Below the pieces are notes generated by a model, which saw only the letters and a program-made list of their open reading frames with translations, did no database searches and was not told the origin of the DNA. A DNA stretch of 64,000 nucleotides from a virus: positions 14,478 to 78,477 of the IMG/VR virus record IMGVR_UViG_3300046777_001575; one strand, 5' to 3'. Positions 22,810 through 31,501 of this stretch are shown one piece after another. Position numbers and translations under genes: made by a program. How positions within the stretch are numbered: the stretch's first letter is position 1; each line of letters begins with the position of its first letter.

Positions 22810-25800
22810 TTAAACTGGATCAACAACTACTTGGCTCCAGTTTACGTCAGAATATCCAGTATATCTATAGTTTCCAAACCTTAAAACCCTGCTATCGTCT
22901 ACTATAATCTTGTTTGTTCCTGTATAACTCTTATAAACTTCTGCTGGGTTCACACCATAGTAACTTGTTTCTGATAAGACCAGAACCTTGTTCCAATTAA
23001 ATGATCCGACATTCCAGAACTTCCAGTCCAAATCTGTCGCATTAAGCACCTTAACCCTAAACCAAGGCCTTTCAGAAACATTCTGAACCTCTTGCAAATT
23101 TGTTGACTGATAGAATGAAATATTGTTAAATAGCAATGGGCCAGTTAGTCTTATTGCTCCTTCAAAATATGAAAAATCTAAAATATTTGCAAAACTAATG
23201 CCAATAAATCCCCAGTCTTGAAGTGTAATTACTGGTTCTTTTACTATCTTGCCGTTCCAGTAAAACCCTATGCCATCTTGTATTAATCCAGTCTTAGAAT
23301 TAATTGCATAAATTTTTGCTCTTCGTCCGCTAGGATCGCAAGCAACAAGATAAAACTTTATATACGAATCACGACTTTCTATTTCAAAAATTTGTGTTGG
23401 TGCATATGGGAAATAGTCACCATCAAACCTAACAGCAAGTTGCATTGCAATAACCTTAAAACCATCAGATCTACTACTATTAACTGGAATCATAAGACCT
23501 CTATTTATTAGTGGATCATATTTTCCTTTTAACTGAATACCACTTGTTTTTGTTAAATAAAGATATGGAGATGACGCATTATAAATTGAAAATGGATTAT
23601 CCTTTTTAAAATTATAATATATGCCAGTTTTTGTATATGGGTATATTGGTGTTCCAAATCTAGTACCAATTGGGCTTGCATCTGATTCATTAAGTGCCTG
23701 AGAACAATAAGATAAATTTTTTATATTTACATTATTTATTTCAGAATTTTTTACATTTATATCTATATGCGTTACTATTGACAAATCATTAAAATCAACT
23801 CCAGAGGGTGGATAGATGATCATATTGTCTACAACCTCATACTTTGTTGTCATCCAATCTGAACCTGGAATTAGTACACCGTCTCTTGATGGTCTTTCTA
23901 TTTTTGTAAAATAAGAAGATGGCGCATTTGCCCCAAGTTCTGTATATTGAAAGGTTATGTATGTTTTTACAAGTGCCCCGTCAGTATCATATCTATAGTC
24001 TTTTGAAATTTTATTTTTTAAATCTTCATAATCATTATATCCAGTAAACAAATAATTATCTAAAGATTCATAGGTTCTTTGTATTGGGGATCCATACTGA
24101 TTAGCAAGATCTTCATATGTCCAAGCAACTGGACTAGTCTCTATTGCAATTGTTTTTGTTGGAATTGGATAATTAATATTAAATTGAATAAAATCAAGAT
24201 CAAAATATTGATCGCCTCTTTGATCAAGAACAGACTCTGCAAAATACGTTAATGGCAGATTATCTTCCCAATATGCGTTTGATGCAACAGCAAGTGTATA
24301 CTTGTCAAACAAGATATCGGGAATCAGGGTATAACTTGCAGTATGCTCAACTAAAAAGTCTTCCTCTAAAAGAATAACTCCTCCACCAGAAATTGCTCCT
24401 GGGGATGTATCTGTTGTCCCTCCGTAAGGTGGCAAAGATGTGGTATCAATTCCTGCATCAATATCTACTATTTCATTATTTTGATAGGCAAAGAATAAAT
24501 CTTCGTTTAACTTTGGAACCCCAACCTCATTAAATAAGTTTTTAATTTTTTGAAAATTATATTTAGTTGCAAATCCAACATTGTAAATTTTTCCATCAAA
24601 TGTTGCAGTGTTTGTTTTATCTCCACCAACGTACATTCTTAAATCTGAATAGGACCCAAAAAAATCTGATACAGGATTTCCAAAAACTTCTACAAATCTA
24701 GGGATATTAATACCTGCCTCAAAGAACTCATTGTTGTTTAAAATTTCAGAAGAATATAAGATTTCTGATTGTCCATTTATGCTTATAATATATTTTAAAA
24801 CATTATTTTCTACCTGTATCTTAAAATAATTAGAAGTATTTTCTTTTTCAATTTTAAAAAGTATTTGTGGGCCTATTACACTACCTTTTAATTGAAAACA
24901 TCCATAAAATGCTGAAACTGGAGTTTTTAAAACATCAAAATTTTCAAAAAATAAATATCCAGATACGTTATTCCACAAAGTATTTGGCTTAAATGAAAAA
25001 TATTCTCTATTATCATAAAAAAAGTTTGAAGCATCTTCTACTAAATTAGCAACCCTATTATCTTCAAACAATTCTAACTCTGTTTTAGAAGAAAGAAAAA
25101 CTTTTGGAAGTGGATGAGATATTACAGAAAGTGATCTATTTGATGTTGACATATTATCATTAAAACCCTGATTCCAGGAACCTATTTTAGGATAAGAATA
25201 ATTTGCAGTATAATCTGCAAAAGAGTAGTCAATTGCAACTGACGTACCGCTATATGCTGTATTTATATTTTCTGGAACCTCAACACCCTGGCCAAACACA
25301 TACCGTCTTTTTGCAACTTGGCTAGGAACCAAATATGGGTATATTCCAACACAGTCTACGTCTATTGGAGATACATCATCATAAGCATAAAAGCCAATCC
25401 AGTCTTGATCTTTGTTGTCGGTATTTAGTTTTGATGGCAAGTTTGCAGAATCCTGTGAATATGGAATTGATATAACCTCTTCTCCATTAATTAAAAAGGA
25501 TGCATTGTCTTTTCCAATCTTTAAATGAACAAGCATTGGCCTTGTCCACTCTCCAATATAGTTTGTTTTATACTCATTTCCAATTTTTAATCCTACAGAA
25601 GGGCCATCCACATAAACTCCATCTGTTGAACCAATAGGACCAATTATTCTTTTCCTAGTATTTGTGTAAGAGTTTATTCGAATCCATGTTTCAAGTGTAT
25701 ATTGTTTAAATTGTCCTAAAGAATTTAACATTCCAGCACCAGGAATAATTAAAGAAGGTTTTCCATTATTTTCAAATAAAGTTGTGTGCCCAGAAGTTCC

Positions 25801-26550
25801 ATAAATCAGTGGTATACCAGCATTTTTTGCTTTTATCATGTTATCAGAAACAAGATAATAGGCATTTAATTCTTGAAGACCATAGCATTTAGCAATAATC
25901 CCTTTGTGTGGAGACAAAGCAATTGTTGATGGAATATCTATAACGCTAGTTCCTAAAGAACTTGAAGCAAACTCTTCTGACCATTGGCCAAGAGTTATTC
26001 CGTTGACTCTAAATGCATGCTCTTCATTTTTATTTTCAACATATGTAATTTCAAATACTACCCTAATATTTGAGTCATCTGGTGGCGCATCAAAAGTTTC
26101 TGATATAAAAATCCATTTATTGTTTACAACTGTATCAAAATTTTTAAGATGGGTGACGGTTTGATCACTTGTCGTATCTACATATTCATACCCAATTGAT
26201 AAACTTGTAATATAGGAACTTTCTGAATAAAAATAACCACCTACACAAAATGTTTTTAGGTATTTACTTAAATCTTGTATGTTAATTAACTCTTGGCTTT
26301 TTGCAGTAATTGTTGTTGTTCCATCTAATGAACCAGTTGCAACAATTCTACCAACATAACTATCAATAAACGGTGTATCAGAAGTTTTGGTATATGCGCT
26401 TGCCAATCCACCATTTATTGACCAGTTAGAAAGATTTCTTTGTGACTCTGATATTAAAGAAATATAGTCTGCTCCATCATCAAGAGCCCATAGCCCAATA
26501 GGATGTTCTGCAAACACCTTTTCTGCATATAAGTTTGATAGAGTAGACAT
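22810..26550 (-). CDS. Large virion protein with concanavalin/LamG-like domains
   Basis: AEHPIGLWALDD N-terminus; YTLETWIRIN; MYVGGD…FDGKIY beta-sandwich motifs. Confidence 0.65.
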   Translation of the reverse strand: MSTLSNLYAEKVFAEHPIGLWALDDGADYISLISESQRNLSNWSINGGLASAYTKTSDTPFIDSYVGRIVATGSLDGTTTITAKSQELINIQDLSKYLKTFCVGGYFYSESSYITSLSIGYEYVDTTSDQTVTHLKNFDTVVNNKWIFISETFDAPPDDSNIRVVFEITYVENKNEEHAFRVNGITLGQWSEEFASSSLGTSVIDIPSTIALSPHKGIIAKCYGLQELNAYYLVSDNMIKAKNAGIPLIYGTSGHTTLFENNGKPSLIIPGAGMLNSLGQFKQYTLETWIRINSYTNTRKRIIGPIGSTDGVYVDGPSVGLKIGNEYKTNYIGEWTRPMLVHLKIGKDNASFLINGEEVISIPYSQDSANLPSKLNTDNKDQDWIGFYAYDDVSPIDVDCVGIYPYLVPSQVAKRRYVFGQGVEVPENINTAYSGTSVAIDYSFADYTANYSYPKIGSWNQGFNDNMSTSNRSLSVISHPLPKVFLSSKTELELFEDNRVANLVEDASNFFYDNREYFSFKPNTLWNNVSGYLFFENFDVLKTPVSAFYGCFQLKGSVIGPQILFKIEKENTSNYFKIQVENNVLKYIISINGQSEILYSSEILNNNEFFEAGINIPRFVEVFGNPVSDFFGSYSDLRMYVGGDKTNTATFDGKIYNVGFATKYNFQKIKNLFNEVGVPKLNEDLFFAYQNNEIVDIDAGIDTTSLPPYGGTTDTSPGAISGGGVILLEEDFLVEHTASYTLIPDILFDKYTLAVASNAYWEDNLPLTYFAESVLDQRGDQYFDLDFIQFNINYPIPTKTIAIETSPVAWTYEDLANQYGSPIQRTYESLDNYLFTGYNDYEDLKNKISKDYRYDTDGALVKTYITFQYTELGANAPSSYFTKIERPSRDGVLIPGSDWMTTKYEVVDNMIIYPPSGVDFNDLSIVTHIDINVKNSEINNVNIKNLSYCSQALNESDASPIGTRFGTPIYPYTKTGIYYNFKKDNPFSIYNASSPYLYLTKTSGIQLKGKYDPLINRGLMIPVNSSRSDGFKVIAMQLAVRFDGDYFPYAPTQIFEIESRDSYIKFYLVACDPSGRRAKIYAINSKTGLIQDGIGFYWNGKIVKEPVITLQDWGFIGISFANILDFSYFEGAIRLTGPLLFNNISFYQSTNLQEVQNVSERPWFRVKVLNATDLDWKFWNVGSFNWNKVLVLSETSYYGVNPAEVYKSYTGTNKIIVDDSRVLRFGNYRYTGYSDVNWSQVVVDPV

Positions 26551-26587
26551 TATAAGTCTATTTTACCATAGAAGACTTCTTATTTTT

Positions 26588-27082
26588 TTAATTTTTAGGA
26601 ACCCACAACTTCTCACTACCCTTATTGTGATACCTAGCCATCACAAATAGTAAGTCTGAAAGTCTGTTCAGATATTTTGCAATATTTGTATTTATACCAT
26701 CTATTTTCCAAACCTGACGCTCTGCTCTTCTAACAATAGTTCTGGCGTTGTGCAGTGGCCCAGTAGGTAATATAAAAGAGTGCAGCGGTTCTAAATATTT
26801 ATTATAATCATCTATAATATTTTCTAAATAGATAACTCTTTCTTCAGAAATTTTTATTGTTAACGCTCCAGCAAGTTCTGCACCTAAGTCAAAAAGATCA
26901 CTTTGAATTCTATCTGTAATATCATTATGAAATTCGATTGCCATACCGATAGCAGAATTTGCCTCATCTATCACACCAATAGCCTCTATCAGGTCGCTAC
27001 TTTTGTCTACTATTTTGTTGTTGGCGGTTGATGTTTTTCCACCGTCCCCTGTTTTTGTATAAATACGAGTTAGATGAACCAT
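26588..27082 (-). CDS. pduO: ATP:cob(I)alamin adenosyltransferase, PduO type
   Basis: IYTKTGDGG, GVIDEANSAIG, IQSDLFDLGAELA, FILP, ARTIVRRAER, YLNRLSDLLFVMAR. Start re-set to MVHLTR (TAATG overlap). Confidence 0.93.
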   Translation of the reverse strand: MVHLTRIYTKTGDGGKTSTANNKIVDKSSDLIEAIGVIDEANSAIGMAIEFHNDITDRIQSDLFDLGAELAGALTIKISEERVIYLENIIDDYNKYLEPLHSFILPTGPLHNARTIVRRAERQVWKIDGINTNIAKYLNRLSDLLFVMARYHNKGSEKLWVPKN

Positions 27083-27246
27083 TAGTGTCCCGTCAAAGAT
27101 CTCCAAATATCAATAGTCATCTGGTTTGCTATATATAGTGCACAAATATTTATAACTAGTTGAAAAATATATTCAATAGTTTTTGGTTTCTTTTTTTGCA
27201 AAGGAAACTGTATTACATTATTTAAATTTTTATATGCTAGTTTCAT
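27082..27246 (-). CDS. Small 54-aa putative membrane protein
   Basis: MKLAYKNLNNVIQFPLQKKKPKTIEYIFQLVINICALYIANQMTIDIWRSLTGH*; ATGA and TAATG overlaps with both neighbours. Confidence 0.7.
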   Translation of the reverse strand: MKLAYKNLNNVIQFPLQKKKPKTIEYIFQLVINICALYIANQMTIDIWRSLTGH

Positions 27247-27698
27247 GGAAACCTAACCTTGCCATTGTCAGCAAACACTAAGCCAATGGAGTCTCCTGGA
27301 TTCAAATATTGTTCATTAATTGCAAGTTGACCCCAGCCCCACTCTTTAGTAGGGAAAGGCAAAAATTGTTTTTCTTTAATAATAATTGCCCAATATGCTT
27401 TTTCTGATGGCATTCCGTCGCATGGCTCAATTGTTGCATTTGGCAAATTGTTTACTCGACAAACAACAGCGTCACCCCATCTTTTTGTACCTTCTATTGT
27501 TAAGCCAGCCTGTTTTAATAAGTCTAAGGCAATAATTTCTGTAGAAGATTCTACGCATTGATTTGACTTTGTATTATTATTTAATGAGCCGTAATCAATA
27601 TATAAATTAATACACTTACTGTCTTCATTTGTTACAAGAGGCAGACCAAAGAATGCCAGTGTAATAATGACTATAGACATTAATGTTTTTTGAATCAT
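27243..27698 (-). CDS. Exported transcobalamin-C-terminal-like (DUF4430-type beta-grasp) putative B12-binding protein
   Basis: N-terminal hydrophobic segment, then C..IDYG…C…ALDLLKQAG…VCRVNNLP…YW…W…LNPGDSIGLVF; lies between nrdJ and pduO. Confidence 0.65.
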   Translation of the reverse strand: MIQKTLMSIVIITLAFFGLPLVTNEDSKCINLYIDYGSLNNNTKSNQCVESSTEIIALDLLKQAGLTIEGTKRWGDAVVCRVNNLPNATIEPCDGMPSEKAYWAIIIKEKQFLPFPTKEWGWGQLAINEQYLNPGDSIGLVFADNGKVRFP

Positions 27699-27700
27699 TA

Positions 27701-29731
27701 CTATCCAATCTTTATTTCGCAATAATCAGTAGTGCAGTAAGCCTCACCTTGTGCTTCTAGATTATCTACTCCGTCGTAAATAGCACTAAAGTCAATATGC
27801 TTCAGTTTACCAATATAGGACTCATACTCTTCTTCAGTAATTTGAGTGTATGGCTGTTGTGGATAAACAGTATTTCCCATTGGCAGAAATGAGACTGCCT
27901 TTAATTGTCCCTCGTACATATGCAGTGCTGGGACAACATGCTTTGACTCTGTTTCCTTATCAAATGAAAGTGTTACAGAAACACCATTATCAGACCAGTA
28001 CTTCTGAGCAGTTGCAGCAAGTGCGATCTTTTCAAATAGGGTTACATCCTTTTCAGATCTTGGGTGACCTGACTTGATTGGGAAGTATACGACTGATGTG
28101 TTTGCTGATACTACGTCATCTTCGATTGTGTACCCTGCTGCTTTGAACAAGTGCATCATTGGATCTGTGTTTCCAAATCGAACTGCACGAAGGAAGAAGT
28201 TTCCTCCAGGTCCCCAGTGAACTCCAGGAGTTGCGCCAGAAAGAATTGAAACTGATCCTGATGGCTTAACTGTTGTTACACGAATTGATTCACGAACACA
28301 AAGCCATTCTGAATATGAGTGATCATATTTACGAATTGTTGTGTATCCTTCGTCCATCCATTCACGAACCGTTGGCAAACCTTTTTGATCAGCAAATGAT
28401 GCAATGCCAGTAAGTGATGTACCAATACGACGATTGCGCTGCATGATGCCATTAGTCTGTTGCCAGTGTGTTGGAACGAGTGTTACAGTCTTTCCATAAA
28501 GATATGCAAACTTCAGGGTACGCAGGAAGTCCTCCTTGGATTCATGACGATTCAGGTGCACTTCTACAAGTGTACACAATTCGTATGATTCCAATGGCTG
28601 CTCCGCACATGGGTTAAATCCCATCACACGATAATCTTTACCGTCTGGCGCATCCTTTAGTCGTCCATAATTACGAGCAACATCAAGCCAGATAAAACCT
28701 GGTTCTCCATTTTCTGTAATCAAATCTACATAGTCTTCATACTTAGTCCCCACCTCTGCTGAGATAGAGTTATTAGACATCCAAGCCCAACCTGGATTTT
28801 CTGGGTCAAAAGAATTGCGCTCTGGAAACACTTCTGCATTCTTAAGATTCATGAATGCTTGGTCACCTTCATTTCCTAAAGCAAGGGTTGCAGAACGACG
28901 AACATTGCCAGATACTACACAGGTACCAATTAGGTTTACTAGGTCTACAATGGCACGAGAATCTAGTGTTTCACCTGCTCTGGAGCCGATTACACGGTCT
29001 ATCTGATCATGCAACTTAATAAGAGGTGCAGGTCCCGATGCAACGCCACCAAAACCTTTAATTGGTGCTCCAAGAGGTCTAATTAAGTCATAATTAAACT
29101 TTTGAATACTTTGATTTGGTCTTAGGTAAGAGTTAATTAAAAGTCGTACCGACTCCACCCAACCCTCACGAGTGTCTGGAATTTCAAAGATCTCTTCTGG
29201 CTCCGTCGGTGTATAGATTGCAAAATTCTTATCCTGTCCAACAGTGTCAAAGCCTACACCAATGCCAAGCATTAATGCATCCATCACCCAAGCAAATAAG
29301 GCTCCTGGATCATTTTTATCAAGATCTTTTGTTGAAACCATTGCACAATTTTGTAGTGCTGCTGAGTTCTTCTTTTCCATAGTCATAGGAGTTCCAAATG
29401 CCCACATGCCACGACCTGGTGGTGTCCACTTTAACTCAAACATTCTCTGGAATGCTTCCTGTGCTGACTTCTGAGCCTTATAGTCATTCCATGGCAAACG
29501 ATTTTCCTTAGCATGATTCTTCTGTACGGAATACATACCCTCGATTACACGACGACAAACTTCGTGCCATCTTTCCTTAGTTCCATCTTCCTTCATTCGA
29601 GAATATGTACGAATAAAAGTAATCTCTCCAAGTGAATTTTCTGCTGCATCTTTGAATCCAAATGGGCTTTCTGCATTCTTGTACTTTTCTACAAAATCCT
29701 CTGGAAGTTTAAAACTAAAAAAATCTGACAT
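27701..29731 (-). CDS. nrdJ: Class II (AdoCbl-dependent) ribonucleotide reductase, monomeric RTPR type
   Basis: PPGRG, NPCAEQPL, TTVKPSG, C-terminal CTTDYC redox pair. Confidence 0.95.
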   Translation of the reverse strand: MSDFFSFKLPEDFVEKYKNAESPFGFKDAAENSLGEITFIRTYSRMKEDGTKERWHEVCRRVIEGMYSVQKNHAKENRLPWNDYKAQKSAQEAFQRMFELKWTPPGRGMWAFGTPMTMEKKNSAALQNCAMVSTKDLDKNDPGALFAWVMDALMLGIGVGFDTVGQDKNFAIYTPTEPEEIFEIPDTREGWVESVRLLINSYLRPNQSIQKFNYDLIRPLGAPIKGFGGVASGPAPLIKLHDQIDRVIGSRAGETLDSRAIVDLVNLIGTCVVSGNVRRSATLALGNEGDQAFMNLKNAEVFPERNSFDPENPGWAWMSNNSISAEVGTKYEDYVDLITENGEPGFIWLDVARNYGRLKDAPDGKDYRVMGFNPCAEQPLESYELCTLVEVHLNRHESKEDFLRTLKFAYLYGKTVTLVPTHWQQTNGIMQRNRRIGTSLTGIASFADQKGLPTVREWMDEGYTTIRKYDHSYSEWLCVRESIRVTTVKPSGSVSILSGATPGVHWGPGGNFFLRAVRFGNTDPMMHLFKAAGYTIEDDVVSANTSVVYFPIKSGHPRSEKDVTLFEKIALAATAQKYWSDNGVSVTLSFDKETESKHVVPALHMYEGQLKAVSFLPMGNTVYPQQPYTQITEEEYESYIGKLKHIDFSAIYDGVDNLEAQGEAYCTTDYCEIKIG

Positions 29732-29820
29732 GTGTTTCGTCCTTTCTAAAACGGAATAGAGTTAATTATAGCAGAGTTTTATTAAAAGTAAAACTCTACC
29801 TAAATGTATTGTTGAGAGTT

Positions 29821-30534
29821 TTATTTAAAAGTTTTCTTTTGCCAAAACTTAAGTCTATAACCATTTTGAAAAGTAGATCTAACCTTATTACTTTGTTCTT
29901 CTACTTTTTTTGTTGAGAAGTTTTTGTCTAATTCCATGACCCAATCTTCTCTTTTAAATGGAAAAATTTGAGACATTGGCGTTCCCTGCTTTATGGTTCC
30001 TTTAAAATTCTTTTTTATTAAAAAAGAAAGATGTCCATCAGTAAAATAGTTATCAGTATCAACTACAGCATCTATAGCCTTTAGTGGTGATGGTGGTTGG
30101 TGCATTGGGCTTGTAAAAAATGTGCTATATCCAGCACTAGTTTGTACCATCCAAGTAGGATGAATTCTTAAAATTTTATTGCAATAGATATCGCTATCTA
30201 TCGGCAAATGAGATACCTGTTCTTGTGAATGTTCACTTATTAATAAGGAGTAATACTTGTTCATGGCAGCAGGAAGTTGAATGTTAACATTTCCATCAGT
30301 TGTGTCTATATATATATCACATGGTACCTTTAGAAGATATCCCATTGCCATTGCATCAAAAAACGCTTGACATTTTTTTACTGTTAACCTCATGACACCC
30401 TTGTCAGGAACATCGCTACCTGAAATTGCAGGTTGCTCTTTATACCAAGTCGGAATATTTTTAGTTGCCTGCTCTGGTTCTGGAACAATATTAACTAATT
30501 GAGGATACATTTGAAGAAATCTAACAGTGTTCAT
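29821..30534 (-). CDS. Conserved phage hypothetical protein (possible dUTPase-like beta fold)
   Basis: TVKKC.AFFDAM..GY and IKQGTPMSQIFPFKRE motifs; fold assignment is tentative. Confidence 0.45.
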   Translation of the reverse strand: MNTVRFLQMYPQLVNIVPEPEQATKNIPTWYKEQPAISGSDVPDKGVMRLTVKKCQAFFDAMAMGYLLKVPCDIYIDTTDGNVNIQLPAAMNKYYSLLISEHSQEQVSHLPIDSDIYCNKILRIHPTWMVQTSAGYSTFFTSPMHQPPSPLKAIDAVVDTDNYFTDGHLSFLIKKNFKGTIKQGTPMSQIFPFKREDWVMELDKNFSTKKVEEQSNKVRSTFQNGYRLKFWQKKTFK

Positions 30535-30566
30535 ACAAGCCTTTCTTTTATATTAATTATATCATA

Positions 30567-30980
30567 TTAAAGGGTTTGCCACAATGTTAGATCCTGTAAT
30601 CCTAAAAGATAACTTGGAGCAACATAGAAATACAATAACTCCTCATCATCCTTTACAAATGTTGAGTTGTCTACTCCTTCGGACATTATTAAAATATTTT
30701 TAGAATTTGGCTCAACTACAACAAACTGGTCTTTAATATAAATATTTTCAATAATAGTATTTTTTTTATTTGTATATATTTTACCATAAAAAGACAAACT
30801 TTTATTAAATCCAGAAGTAAATTTTACTCCATTATGCTTATATAATATTTTTTCATTAGAAAACAAAACTTTATAGTCTTGTTTTTCATAATTTATATTA
30901 TTTTCTTTACACATTTTTTTTACTAGTTTATTAATAGATAATTCTACGCTAGTCTCTATATTATCAACAATGTATTTCAT
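30567..30980 (-). CDS. Hypothetical protein (very AT-rich)
   Basis: 137 aa; ATGA overlap with the upstream gene. Confidence 0.55.
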   Translation of the reverse strand: MKYIVDNIETSVELSINKLVKKMCKENNINYEKQDYKVLFSNEKILYKHNGVKFTSGFNKSLSFYGKIYTNKKNTIIENIYIKDQFVVVEPNSKNILIMSEGVDNSTFVKDDEELLYFYVAPSYLLGLQDLTLWQTL

Positions 30981-31486
30981 CTTCTTGAAACCATTCTACC
31001 AAAAAAAATATATGGATATATTGGTTGATCAAATAACTCTTCTCTTAAATCCAATGCTTCTTCTACTGGGGTATCTTTAATACGATCAGTATTTAAAGCA
31101 GCAGAAAACAATCTGTTTCCACTTTCTGGACCATAGTCGTGTTTTAAATTTTTGTTAAATAAAAAATATAGTAATTTTGCACCGTAAGCCAATGCTGCCT
31201 TACCTACACCATTATTCCTATATATTGGCGATACATACATTCTGTCTGTAAAAACATCTCCAGAATCATCATGTTTTTTCCATGTTGCGTATACTCCTGG
31301 GTAATCATTTAAAATATAGTCTCCAACATAAACAGACCCGCTTGGATATTTGTCATTAAAGTATACTATTGCTATTCCATCTATAGGGATTTTTCCTTCA
31401 AAGAATACATAGTGTACCCATCCACCTTCAAGTTCTTCTGGGTGCTTAAGTTCTTTAAAACCAGAAGTGTCTATACGCTCAAACAC
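30977..31486 (-). CDS. GNAT-like acyltransferase
   Basis: DRMYVSPIYRNNGVGKAAL matches the acetyl-CoA-binding motif A (V.P.YR..G.G). Confidence 0.6.
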   Translation of the reverse strand: MFERIDTSGFKELKHPEELEGGWVHYVFFEGKIPIDGIAIVYFNDKYPSGSVYVGDYILNDYPGVYATWKKHDDSGDVFTDRMYVSPIYRNNGVGKAALAYGAKLLYFLFNKNLKHDYGPESGNRLFSAALNTDRIKDTPVEEALDLREELFDQPIYPYIFFGRMVSRR

Positions 31487-31501
31487 AGAAAACTATTCTG
31501 A

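Noticed and set aside
29732-29820. Cobalamin riboswitch upstream of the nrdJ/B12 operon
   Set aside because: The intergenic space is under 90 nt with the -10 only ~35 nt from the start codon; no B12-box seen
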